Positions 47,883-59,800 of a stretch of DNA of 64,000 nucleotides are shown here, piece by piece. This DNA is from a phage: sequence record PZ452584.1; one strand, written 5' to 3'. The number at the start of each line of letters is the position of its first letter. The stretch's first letter is position 1. The translations under genes and the position numbers were made by a program. A model generated the notes under the pieces. It searched no databases. It was not told the origin of the DNA and saw only the letters and a program-made list of their open reading frames with translations.

Positions 47883-47912
47883 ATAGTATCACTACTAAAA
47901 CCCTATGTAAAC
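47883..47912 (-). promoter_or_regulatory. sigma70-type early promoter with -10 inside inverted repeat
   Basis: GTTTAC-N18-TACTAT; ATAGGG/CCCTAT arms flank the -10. Confidence 0.5.
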
Positions 47913-47924
47913 AACTTTGTGAAA

Positions 47925-48182
47925 TTATTTTAAATCTTCTAATCGTTTCTTCATCTTAGAACCATTTTTAGCGATTTCTCCTGCATCGGAGCATAATGCT
48001 AAAAGAGCTTTAACTTTAGTTTGGTCTCCTTTAAAAGATGAAGGATCGACTGCAGCAGCAAGTTCTTTAATACGAGAAAAAAGACGCTCAGCTTCAGCTA
48101 AAGCCATTCCAAGTTTTACTTCCATACCGTGGGAAGATTCAGTGATAGTAGTTTTTGTAGCAAACTCTTTGAAAGTTTTCAT
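47925..48182 (-). CDS. internal-protein-like capsid-targeted protein at ipI locus (85 aa)
   Basis: N-terminal MKTFKEFATK resembles IP capsid-targeting sequence; immediately upstream of 57B. Confidence 0.55.
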   Translation of the reverse strand: MKTFKEFATKTTITESSHGMEVKLGMALAEAERLFSRIKELAAAVDPSSFKGDQTKVKALLALCSDAGEIAKNGSKMKKRLEDLK

Positions 48183-48212
48183 TTTATTTTCCTAATTAAT
48201 TTTGATGAGGTA

Positions 48213-48242
48213 ATAGTATCACTACCTCATCAGCATGTAAAC
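48213..48242 (-). promoter_or_regulatory. sigma70-type early promoter with -10 inside 10-bp inverted repeat
   Basis: GTTTAC-N18-TACTAT; arms TGATGAGGTA (48203-48212) / TACCTCATCA (48223-48232). Confidence 0.5.
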
Positions 48243-48254
48243 AACTTTGTGAAA

Positions 48255-48951
<697 letters not shown>

Positions 48952-48952
<1 letters not shown>

Positions 48953-49677
48953 TATAGTACCTTTAGTGTATTTTTAATTTTAGAAAAAAGTTCTTCAAGA
49001 GAACCATCGTTTGTAATTACTAAATCGCCATCACGAATTGGCAATCCAGCTTCTGTAATATGTATATCATTGGATTTTTGACCAGGACGAACTACATGAA
49101 TTACTGTAGCACCCATCGCCCTAGCCGCATCCATTTCATGATCTTGACGGGTATCAGGAACGATATAATAATCATAACCTGAGTTAAATTTATCAAGATA
49201 ATCTAAAGCAAATAATTTTACCCAGTACATGCGGTCGAAGTTATTAACAATCAAATCCGTACCTAGGGCTTGCATCAGACGACGGACTGACCATTGATCT
49301 TCAATATTATTTATAACGTCAGTAATCTTATTAAATGCTACGAAATTAACTGATTCTTTTCCTTCGTCATCAAAAACAAACACACCTTTGATTGGGCTTT
49401 TACCATTAAGATAGCAAAATGCTTGTTCCATAATCGTGATTACTTCTAATTTAGTCAGATTTAAATTAGTCTCACGATCATAGTCAATTCCTTCAAACTC
49501 TTTACGAGTTAAGCAAGGATAGTCAGTGTTTGCTGCAAATACTCCCCATGCATAAGCTAATGCATCCTTAATAGGACCAGCAAGTTGGTATTTAACTGCA
49601 GAATAATTGCTCATGATAAAATCAGCAGTAGTATCTTTTCCACTACGCTTTACACCGCTTAAAAAGATTAGTTTCAT
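48952..49677 (-). CDS. 1: dNMP kinase gp1
   Basis: 241 aa from ATG 49675-49677 (SD GAGGAG); P-loop GVKRSGKD. Confidence 0.9.
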
Positions 49678-49726
49678 GTGTTTCTCCTCAAATTTAATTA
49701 AGATTATAACACACAAAACTGAAGCA

Positions 49727-50257
49727 TTAAACTTCTGCTATAATTTTTCCATCTTTTTCTACTTGAAAATAGGTGTAAGGAATCGTTGCTGTACATACTA
49801 AAGCCGGGTCTGAATCTTCCGTGTAGCTAAATTCTACTTCAGATAGGTCAGAAACCCAAGGCTTATAAAAATTTATTGACATCACGATTTCAGTTTTGCT
49901 ATTATCTAAAATGTAAAGCGTAATGTACTCAGGACCTGTTTTTTGGGCAGTATTTTCACCTGTAAGATAGTTGCTAGTTCCTAGCATCCATTCATACATT
50001 CCTATCCATGACTTAAGTTCTTCATCAACTATAAATCTCACAATGAGTGGGTCATACTCGAATGTAACACCAGGTCGTTGTGCTCGGCCCAGTCCAAACG
50101 GCCCAGTCACGGTATCAGTAACAGGTATTCTAATTCCTGGAATAGGAACTGACTGAGCATTTAAAGTAAAAGCAGATGTAGTATTACTATGTGGTATTGA
50201 TACTACAAAGTTAGTTGTATTTGCTTGGTTAAAAATTTGTTGCAGAGCTTGCGACAT
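49727..50257 (-). CDS. 3: tail sheath stabiliser / tail completion gp3
   Basis: 176 aa from ATG 50255-50257 (MSQALQQIFNQANTTNFVVSIPHSN; SD GAGGAA). Confidence 0.85.
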   Translation of the reverse strand: MSQALQQIFNQANTTNFVVSIPHSNTTSAFTLNAQSVPIPGIRIPVTDTVTGPFGLGRAQRPGVTFEYDPLIVRFIVDEELKSWIGMYEWMLGTSNYLTGENTAQKTGPEYITLYILDNSKTEIVMSINFYKPWVSDLSEVEFSYTEDSDPALVCTATIPYTYFQVEKDGKIIAEV

Positions 50258-50363
50258 ATATTCCTCATAATGCTTTATAACTGTTGGTGGTATAATGGGT
50301 CTAAGTCCCTTCCATTCAATTCCATTTAGAACAAACAACAGAAAAGAATGGAAGATAATAGAA

Positions 50364-51188
50364 TTAGATATTTGACCAGACTTTGTTTGCAGAGAAACGT
50401 TTTCCTTTTGAAACGAACTGCTGAAGTGGCATCAACACAACGTTCGCCCAGTCTTTCGGGGCGATTTCAACAAGGCTACCCATAATATTACCAGGTATAT
50501 ATGCCTTAATCATTTGGTCTGCACCCCTAAATCCTTTCACTTGACTCCAATCAATTTTTAATTTCGTTTTATTAGTAATAGTAGGTGTATTTGCATATTG
50601 CTTTAAAAGCTCTTCTAGGAATTGCTGACGAGCTTTAGGTGGAATATAGTGCAAGTTTAATCCGTACATTAAATTATGCTTACCTAAACCAAGGTAAATT
50701 ATCAAAGGAAATTTATCCCAGTAAGGAAGAGTTTCCTTGTGTTTAGCATCATAAGCAAAAGCATATATTCGTCCCGGCTGCGGGCGAACAACTTTATGTC
50801 CTTTTACTTGCTTAATAGTTTCAGCAAACCACTTTCTGGTTTTATTATTAATTGCTGCGCCTTCATTGCGAATTTTATCACGCAATGTTTGTCTGAATGA
50901 ATTTATCATAAGCAGTTGTCTTTCTTGCTTATTGAGTTTATTCATTGGTTTTGATTCAAGCTTTTGAATCTTTTCGGCTGTTTTAATTCCTGAAGCATAT
51001 TTTGACATTGCCGAAGTAAACGTAGAGTATTTGATTCCTCTTTCTTCAGCAAATTGCTTTCCTGTCATTCCTTTTGCTTTGGCCTTTTTGTATTCAAGAC
51101 CTATTTGAATCCATTTCTTTTCGTTTAATGATTGCTTAACCTTTGGAACTTGGGGAGTGCTTTCATTAATTATTTGAAAAATAGCCAT
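50364..51188 (-). CDS. 2: DNA end-protector protein gp2
   Basis: 274 aa, T4 gp2 size and position. Confidence 0.85.
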
Positions 51189-51640
51189 TATGCCCCCTTA
51201 AAGCCAAGAGCTCGTAATCCATCTTCTGTTAAAATTCTAAATTTTATTCCACGCTTTTCAGCTAAAGATTGTGCTGCTTTCCATTTGTCAGTGTTCACAG
51301 ACCAGGTATAAATTTCATTCATAAATCTTTTCTTCGCTGCGGTCGTTAGATGTGCTGGTTTAACTGGTGGTTGTGTTTCTTTTTTAGGTTTTATTTCAAT
51401 AAAAAATTCTTGTCCAGAAGAATCTTTCATCCAAATATCCATGAAGTATCTACGTTTTTTCCCTTCTGCATTACAAAAATAAGGAATTACTGCTGTTTCA
51501 CTACCCCATGCAATAATTTCTGGATTTTTATCTAACCATTCAAAAAAGAATTTTTCCCAATTTGATCTATACGTAATTTTTTTAGGGTCACCTCTATACT
51601 TTGATATATTTTTAGGAACCCATTTTCCAGAATATGCCAT
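51188..51640 (-). CDS. 4: head completion protein gp4
   Basis: 150 aa, T4 gp4 size and position. Confidence 0.85.
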
Positions 51641-51651
51641 TGGATTCTCCT

Positions 51652-51659
51652 TATAAATA
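51652..51659 (+). promoter_or_regulatory. late promoter TATAAATA for gene 53
   Basis: exact TATAAATA 29 nt upstream of gene 53 ATG. Confidence 0.65.
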
Positions 51660-51666
51660 GATAATA

Positions 51667-51674
51667 TATTTATA
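51667..51674 (-). promoter_or_regulatory. late promoter TATAAATA for gene 4 (divergent)
   Basis: plus TATTTATA = minus TATAAATA, 27 nt upstream of gene 4 ATG. Confidence 0.6.
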
Positions 51675-51687
51675 AACAGGAGGGCCC

Positions 51688-52278
51688 ATGCTCTTTACAT
51701 TTTTTGATCCGATTGAATATGCGGCCAAAACGGTGAATAAAAACGCGCCGACTATTCCTATGACAGATATTTTTAGAAACTATAAAGACTATTTTAAACG
51801 CGCTCTTGCGGGATACCGCTTACGTACTTATTATATTAAAGGTTCACCACGCCCGGAAGAATTAGCAAATGCTATATATGGAAATCCACAGTTGTATTGG
51901 GTTTTATTGATGTGTAATGATAATTACGATCCGTATTATGGATGGATTACTTCGCAGGAAGCTGCTTATCAAGCATCTATACAAAAATACAAAAACGTAG
52001 GTGGAGACCAAATAGTATATCATGTGAATGAGAATGGTGAAAAATTTTATAATTTAATATCATACGATGATAATCCATATGTTTGGTATGATAAAGGTGA
52101 TAAAGCTAGAAAATATCCTCAATATGAAGGAGCACTTGCTGCGGTCGATACGTATGAAGCTGCTGTTCTTGAAAATGAAAAACTTCGTCAAATAAAAATA
52201 ATAGCAAAATCAGACATCAATTCATTTATGAACGACCTTATACGTATAATGGAGAAATCTTATGGAAATGATAAGTAA
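51688..52278 (+). CDS. 53: baseplate wedge protein gp53
   Basis: 196 aa, T4 gp53 size/position. Confidence 0.9.
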   Translation: MLFTFFDPIEYAAKTVNKNAPTIPMTDIFRNYKDYFKRALAGYRLRTYYIKGSPRPEELANAIYGNPQLYWVLLMCNDNYDPYYGWITSQEAAYQASIQKYKNVGGDQIVYHVNENGEKFYNLISYDDNPYVWYDKGDKARKYPQYEGALAAVDTYEAAVLENEKLRQIKIIAKSDINSFMNDLIRIMEKSYGNDK

Positions 52279-53989
52279 TAGCCTTAATTGGTTTGTTGGT
52301 GTTGTTGAAGATAGAATGGACCCATTAAAATTAGGTCGTGTTCGTGTTCGTGTGGTTGGTCTGCATCCACCCCAAAGAGCACAAGGCGATGTAATGGGTA
52401 TTCCAACTGATAAATTGCCATGGATGTCAGTTATTCAACCGATAACTTCTGCAGCAATGTCTGGAATTGGAGGTTCTGTTACAGGGCCAGTAGAAGGAAC
52501 TAGAGTATATGGTCATTTTTTAGACAAATGGAAAACTAACGGAATTGTCCTTGGCACTTATGGCGGAATAGTTCGCGAAAAACCTAATAGACTTGAAGGA
52601 TTTTCTGACCCAACTGGACAGTATCCTAGACGTCTAGGAAATGATACTAACGTATTAAACCAAGGCGGAGAAGTAGGATATGATTCGTCTTCTAATATTA
52701 TCCAAGATAGCAATCTAGACACTGCGATAAATCCCGATGATAGACCGCTATCAGAGATTCCAACTGATGATAATCCAAATATGTCAATGGCTGAAATGCT
52801 TCGCCGTGATGAAGGATTAAGACTAAAAGTTTATTGGGATACCGAAGGATATCCGACAATTGGTATTGGTCATCTTATCATGAAGCAGCCAGTTCGTGAT
52901 ATGACCCAAATTAATAAAGTTTTATCAAAACAAGTTGGTCGTGAAATTACTGGAAACCCAGGTTCTATTACAATGGAAGAGGCGACAGCTTTATTTGAGC
53001 GTGATTTGGCTGATATGCAACGGGACATTAAATCACATTCTAAAGTAGGACCAGTCTGGCAAGCTGTCAACCGTTCTCGTCAAATGGCATTAGAAAATAT
53101 GGCATTTCAGATGGGTGTTGGTGGTGTTGCTAAATTTAACACAATGTTAACTGCTATGTTAGCCGGAGATTGGGAAAAAGCATATAAAGCCGGTCGTGAT
53201 TCATTGTGGTATCAACAAACAAAAGGCCGTGCATCCCGTGTTACCATGATTATTCTTACGGGAAATTTAGAATCATATGGTGTTGAAGTGAAAACCCCAG
53301 CTAGGTCTCTATCAGCAATGGCTGCTACTGTAGCTAAATCTTCTGACCCTGCTGACCCTCCTATTCCAAATGACTCGAGAATTTTATTCAAAGAACCAGT
53401 TTCTTCATATAAAGGTGAATATCCTTATGTGCATACAATGGAAACTGAAAGCGGACATATTCAGGAATTTGATGATACCCCTGGGCAAGAACGATACAGA
53501 TTAGTTCATCCAACTGGAACTTATGAAGAAGTATCACCGTCAGGAAGAAGAACAAGAAAAACTGTTGATAATTTGTATGATATAACCAACGCTGATGGTA
53601 ATTTTTTGGTAGCCGGTGATAAAAAGACTAACGTCGGTGGATCAGAAATTTATTACAACATGGATAATCGTCTTCACCAGATAGATGGAAGCAATACAAT
53701 ATTTGTACGTGGCGACGAAACGAAAACTGTTGAAGGTAATGGAACTATCCTAGTCAAAGGTAATGTTACTATTGTAGTTGAAGGTAATGCTGATATTACA
53801 GTTAAAGGAGATGCTACCACTTTAGTTGAAGGAAATCAAACTAATACAGTAAATGGAAATCTTTCTTGGAAAGTTGCTGGGACAGTTGATTGGGACGTTG
53901 GTGGTGATTGGACAGAAAAAATGGCATCTATGAGTTCTATTTCATCTGGTCAATACACAATTGATGGATCGAGGATTGACATTGGCTAA
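52262..53989 (+). CDS. 5: baseplate hub / tail-associated lysozyme gp5
   Basis: 575 aa; central T4-lysozyme-like domain (MAEMLRRDEGLRLKVYWDTEGYPTIGIGHL) and C-terminal VxGxxxxx beta-helix repeats. Confidence 0.95.
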   Translation: MEMISNSLNWFVGVVEDRMDPLKLGRVRVRVVGLHPPQRAQGDVMGIPTDKLPWMSVIQPITSAAMSGIGGSVTGPVEGTRVYGHFLDKWKTNGIVLGTYGGIVREKPNRLEGFSDPTGQYPRRLGNDTNVLNQGGEVGYDSSSNIIQDSNLDTAINPDDRPLSEIPTDDNPNMSMAEMLRRDEGLRLKVYWDTEGYPTIGIGHLIMKQPVRDMTQINKVLSKQVGREITGNPGSITMEEATALFERDLADMQRDIKSHSKVGPVWQAVNRSRQMALENMAFQMGVGGVAKFNTMLTAMLAGDWEKAYKAGRDSLWYQQTKGRASRVTMIILTGNLESYGVEVKTPARSLSAMAATVAKSSDPADPPIPNDSRILFKEPVSSYKGEYPYVHTMETESGHIQEFDDTPGQERYRLVHPTGTYEEVSPSGRRTRKTVDNLYDITNADGNFLVAGDKKTNVGGSEIYYNMDNRLHQIDGSNTIFVRGDETKTVEGNGTILVKGNVTIVVEGNADITVKGDATTLVEGNQTNTVNGNLSWKVAGTVDWDVGGDWTEKMASMSSISSGQYTIDGSRIDIG

Positions 53990-54518
53990 TATACTTCCAA
54001 TGAGCGCTGATTTAGGAGAATCCATGGAAGGTTCTTCTATCGACGTCACCTTTACCGCTCAATTAGAAACGGGTGAAACGTTAGTATCTATAAATATAAC
54101 TAGTTACGAAGAAACTCCTGGGGTTTTAGTAGAAGAAAATCGCTTATATGGAACATATGAATCTGTGTTTGGATTTGGAGATGACGCGTTGAAATATCGT
54201 TTAGGCAATGAATTTAAAACTGCTGCTTCATGGGAAGAACTTCCAACTGATTCTAATACTCAGTTGTATTTGTGGAAAGCTCCTCAAAACCTCCAGAAGA
54301 CATTCACTTACGAAGTAACATTAATATATGACTACCAAGAACAAAGTGAATCTGGAGGTTCTGGCAGTAATTCTAGGTCATCTTCTGATACTACTGAACC
54401 GACAGTTCCCCCTGCTCCAGTAAGAAAAACTCTCGTTAAAAATTATACTAAAACTATAGTTGGAAATTGGAGTCGTTGGGCTAATAAACTGAGAAGCTAT
54501 GTATATGAGAGGCCATAA
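53961..54518 (+). CDS. hypothetical protein 5.1
   Basis: 185-aa ORF between 5 and 5.4. Confidence 0.6.
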
Positions 54519-54812
54519 ATGTCAGGATTAAGTTATGATAAGTGTGTTACTGCTGGCCATGAAGCGTGGCCTCCAACAGTTGTGAATGCTACACAAAGCA
54601 AAGTATTCACTGGAGGAATTGCTGTTCTCGTAGCAGGCGATCCAATTACAGAACATACAGAAATTAAAAAGCCGTATGAAACACATGGCGGAGTGACACA
54701 ACCTAGAACTTCTAAGGTATATGTCACTGGAAAGAAAGCTGTTCAAATGGCTGATCCAATATCATGCGGTGATACCGTGGCTCAGGCATCATCTAAAGTA
54801 TTCATTAAATAG
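54519..54812 (+). CDS. 5.4: PAAR-repeat spike tip protein gp5.4
   Basis: 97 aa, Gly/Cys-containing PAAR-like repeats ([13 protein letters not shown]...GDTVAQ). Confidence 0.8.
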
Positions 54813-54820
54813 GATTTAAA

Positions 54821-56803
54821 ATGGCAAATACCCCTGTAAATTATCAATTAACAAGAACAGCAAATGCTATTCCCGAGATATTCGTCGGGGGTACGTTTGC
54901 TGAAATAAAACAAAACCTCATTGAATGGCTTAATGGCCAAAATGAATTTTTGGATTATGATTTTGAAGGCTCAAGATTAAACGTTCTGTGTGACCTTTTG
55001 GCTTATAATACGCTGTACATTCAGCAGTTTGGTAATGCTGCCGTGTATGAAAGCTTTATGCGTACTGCTAACTTACGAAGTTCAGTAGTTCAAGCGGCAC
55101 AAGATAATGGATATTTACCTACTTCAAAATCAGCTGCTCAAACTGAAATTATGCTAACTTGTACAGACGCATTGAATAGAAATTACATTACTATTCCTCG
55201 TGGTACTCGCTTTTTAGCATATGCAAAGGATACTTCTGTTAATCCTTATAACTTTGTCTCTACCGAAGATGTTATTGCTATTCGTGATAAAAATAACCAG
55301 TATTTTCCACGTTTAAAATTGGCCCAAGGACGTATAGTAAGAACTGAAATCATTTATGATAAATTAACACCTATTATCATTTATGACAAAAATATAGATA
55401 GAAACCAAGTTAAACTGTACGTTGATGGAGCAGAATGGATTAACTGGACAAGAAAGTCAATGGTTCATGCTGGTTCTACATCAACAATTTACTACATGCG
55501 TGAAACTATTGATGGAAATACTGAATTTTATTTTGGTGAAGGTGAGATTTCTGTTAACGCGGCAGAAGGAGCATTGACCGCTAATTATATTGGAGGTCTT
55601 AAACCTACCCAGAACTCTACGATTGTTATTGAGTACATCAGTACTAATGGTGCAGATGCGAATGGTGCAGTCGGATTTTCATACGCTGATACATTAACAA
55701 ATATAACTGTCATCAATATTAATGAAAACCCAAACGATGACCCAGATTTTGTTGGTGCTGATGGTGGTGGTGATCCAGAAGATATTGAACGTATTCGTGA
55801 ATTGGGTACTATTAAACGTGAAACCCAACAACGCTGCGTAACTGCGACAGATTATGATACATTTGTCTCAGAAAGATTTGGTTCTATTATTCAAGCCGTT
55901 CAGACTTTCACTGATTCTACTAAACCTGGTTATGCATTTATTGCTGCTAAACCTAAATCAGGATTGTATTTAACTACTGTGCAGCGTGAAGATATTAAAA
56001 ATTATCTCAAAGATTATAATTTAGCACCTATTACACCATCAATTATTTCTCCTAATTATCTTTTCATTAAGACTAATTTAAAAGTCACATATGCTTTAAA
56101 TAAGCTGCAAGAATCTGAACAGTGGCTTGAAGGTCAAATAATTGATAAAATTGACCGCTATTATACTGAAGATGTAGAAATTTTTAACTCATCTTTCGCT
56201 AAGTCTAAGATGTTAACTTATGTAGATGATGCAGATCATTCTATCATTGGTTCATCAGCGACTATTCAAATGGTTCGTGAAGTACAAAACTTCTATAAAA
56301 CGCCTGAAGCTGGTATTAAATACAATAATCAAATAAAAGACCGTTCTATGGAATCTAATACGTTTTCATTTAATTCTGGACGAAAAGTTGTAAATCCTGA
56401 TACTGGTTTAGAAGAAGATGTATTATATGACGTTCGTATAGTATCAACAGACCGAGATTCTAAAGGAATTGGTAAAGTTATTATCGGTCCATTTGCTTCT
56501 GGCGATGTTACAGAAAATGAAAATATTCAGCCATACACAGGAAATGATTTTAACAAATTAGCAAATTCTGATGGACGCGACAAATACTATGTTATCGGTG
56601 AAATAAATTATCCAGCTGATGTGATTTATTGGAATATCGCTAAAATTAATTTAACATCTGAAAAATTTGAAGTTCAAACTATTGAATTATATTCTGACCC
56701 AACCGATGATGTTATCTTTACTCGCGATGGTTCACTGATTGTATTTGAAAATGACTTACGTCCACAATACTTAACTATCGATTTGGAGCCTATATCACAA
56801 TGA
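54821..56803 (+). CDS. 6: baseplate wedge protein gp6
   Basis: 660 aa, T4 gp6 size/position. Confidence 0.9.
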   Translation: MANTPVNYQLTRTANAIPEIFVGGTFAEIKQNLIEWLNGQNEFLDYDFEGSRLNVLCDLLAYNTLYIQQFGNAAVYESFMRTANLRSSVVQAAQDNGYLPTSKSAAQTEIMLTCTDALNRNYITIPRGTRFLAYAKDTSVNPYNFVSTEDVIAIRDKNNQYFPRLKLAQGRIVRTEIIYDKLTPIIIYDKNIDRNQVKLYVDGAEWINWTRKSMVHAGSTSTIYYMRETIDGNTEFYFGEGEISVNAAEGALTANYIGGLKPTQNSTIVIEYISTNGADANGAVGFSYADTLTNITVININENPNDDPDFVGADGGGDPEDIERIRELGTIKRETQQRCVTATDYDTFVSERFGSIIQAVQTFTDSTKPGYAFIAAKPKSGLYLTTVQREDIKNYLKDYNLAPITPSIISPNYLFIKTNLKVTYALNKLQESEQWLEGQIIDKIDRYYTEDVEIFNSSFAKSKMLTYVDDADHSIIGSSATIQMVREVQNFYKTPEAGIKYNNQIKDRSMESNTFSFNSGRKVVNPDTGLEEDVLYDVRIVSTDRDSKGIGKVIIGPFASGDVTENENIQPYTGNDFNKLANSDGRDKYYVIGEINYPADVIYWNIAKINLTSEKFEVQTIELYSDPTDDVIFTRDGSLIVFENDLRPQYLTIDLEPISQ

Positions 56804-59800
56804 CAGTAAAAGCACCTTCAGTCACTAGTCTCAGAATTTCCAAGTTATCCGCAAATCAGGTGCAAGTACGCTGGGATGACGTTGGTGCTAATTTCTACTA
56901 TTTTGTAGAAATCGCTGAGACAAAAACAGACTCGGGGGAAAATCTCCCGAGTGATCAATATCGTTGGATTAATTTAGGGTATACAGCAAATAATAGTTTC
57001 TTTTTTGATGATGCTGATCCACTGACATCATATGTTATTAGAGTAGCTACGGCGGCTCAAGATTTTGAGCAGTCTGACTGGATTTATACCGAAGAGTTTG
57101 AAACTTTTGCTACGAATGCTTACACATTTCAAAATATGATTGAAATGCAATTAGCTAATAAATTCATTCAGGAAAAGTTCACTCTTAATAATTCTGATTA
57201 TGTTAATTTTAATAATGACACCATAATGGCTGCATTGATGAATGAATCATTTCAATTCAGCCCATCGTATGTTGATGTTTCATCAATAAGTAATTTTATT
57301 ATTGGTGAAAATGAGTATCATGAAATACAAGGTTCTATTCAACAAGTATGTAAGGATATTAACCGAGTTTATTTGATGGAATCAGAAGGGATTCTATATC
57401 TTTTTGAGCGTTATCAACCTGTAGTTAAAGTATCCAATGATAAAGGACAAACTTGGAAAGCTGTAAAGCTCTTCAATGACCGCGTAGGATATCCTTTATC
57501 TAAGACTGTATATTACCAATCTGCAAACACAACATACGTTCTAGGATACGACAAGATTTTCTATGGCCGTAAATCGACTGACGTTAGATGGTCAGCTGAT
57601 GATGTCAGATTTAGTTCACAGGATATAACATTCGCTAAACTTGGTGACCAATTGCATCTAGGATTTGATGTAGAAATTTTTGCCACTTATGCGACTTTAC
57701 CAGCGAATGTATACCGCATTGCAGAAGCTATTACTTGCACCGATGATTACATTTACGTTGTCGCCAGAGACAAAGTTAGATACATAAAAACTAGTAATGC
57801 ACCTATAGATTCTGATCCATTATCTCCAACATATTCGGAAAGACTTTTTGAACCTGATACAATGACTATAACTGGAAATCCTAAAGCAGTATGCTATAAA
57901 ATGGATTCTATCGGTGATAAAGTTTTTGCTCTTATTATTGGTGAAGTTGAAACATTAAATGCTAATCCTAGAACATCAAAAATAATTGATTCCGCTGATA
58001 AAGGAATATATGTTTTAAATCATGACGAAAAAACATGGAAAAGAGTTTTTGGTAATACCGAAGAAGAAAGAAGACGTATTCAACCCGGATATGCGAATAT
58101 GTCAACTGATGGTAAATTAGTTTCTCTGTCTTCGAGTAATTTTAAATTTTTAAGTGATAACGTTGTTAATGACCCTGAAACTGCTGTAAAATACCAGTTA
58201 ATCGGTGCTGTTAAATATGAATTTCCTCGTGAATGGTTAGCTGATAAACATTATCATATGATGGCGTTTATAGCGGATGAAAAATCTGATTGGGAAACTT
58301 TTACACCTCAGCCAATGAAATACTACGCAGAACCGTTCTTTAACTGGTCTAAAAAATCTAACACACGTTGTTGGATAAACAACTCTGACAGAGCTGTAGT
58401 AGTTTATGCTGATTTAAAATACACTAAAGTTATAGAAAATATTCCGGAAACATCACCAGATAGATTAGTTCATGAATACTGGGATGATGGTGATTGCACT
58501 ATAGTAATGCCAAATGTCAAATTCACTGGATTTAAAAAATACGCATCAGGAATGCTTTTTTATAAGTCTTCTGGTGAAATAATTTCTTACTATGATTTTA
58601 ACTATCGAGTGAGAGACACGGTTGAAATAATTTGGAAGCCAACTGGAATATTTTTAAAAGCATTTTTACAAAACCAAGAGCGTGAAACTCCTTGGTCCCC
58701 GGAAGAAGAGCATGGATTAGCTGATCCTGATTTAAGACCATTGATTGGCACAATGATGCCTGATTCTTATTTGCTACAGGATTCTAATTTTGAGGCATTC
58801 TGCGAAGCATATATTCAGTATCTTTCCGATGGATATGGAACTCAGTATAACAATTTACGAAATTTAATTCGTAACCAATATCCGCGAGAAGAGCACGCGT
58901 GGGAATATTTGTGGTCAGAGATATATAAAAGAAACATTTATTTAAATGCTGATAAACGTGATGCTGTTGCAAGATTTTTTGAATCACGTAGCTATGATTT
59001 TTATTCTACTAAAGGAATTGAAGCATCATACAAATTTCTTTTTAAAGTTCTTTATAATGAAGAAGTTGAAATTGAAATTGAATCTGGGGCTGGTACTGAA
59101 TATGATATAATCGTTCAATCTGATTCTTTGACCGAAGACTTAGTAGGACAAACGATTTATACAGCTACAGGAAGATGTAATGTTACTTATATAGAAAGAA
59201 GCTATTCTAATGGTAAATTGCAATGGACCGTAACTATTCATAATCTTTTGGGAAGATTAATTGCTGGTCAAGAAGTTAAAGCAGAAAGACTCCCTAGTTT
59301 CGAAGGCGAAATTATTCGCGGGGTTAAAGGAAAGGATTTGCTTCAAAATAATATAGACTATATTAATAGAAGTAGATCATATTATGTAATGAAAATTAAA
59401 TCCAATTTACCTTCTTCCCGCTGGAAATCTGACGTTATTCGTTTTGTTCATCCAGTAGGATTTGGATTTATAGCAATTACCCTTTTAACAATGTTTATTA
59501 ATGTTGGTTTAACTCTTAAACATACAGAGACTATAATTAATAAATACAAAAACTATAAATGGGATTCTGGATTACCTACTGAATATGCTGATAGAGTAGC
59601 TAAATTAACTCCAACCGGTGAAATTGAGCATGATTTAGTAACAGGCGAAGCAATTTATGAACCTGGCCCAATGGCTGGTGTAAAATATCCTCTTCCTGAT
59701 GACTATAATGCTGAAAATAATAATTCAATATTTCAAGGTCAATTGCCATCTGAACGACGTAAATTAATGAGTCCTCTATTTGATGCATCTGGAACAACAT

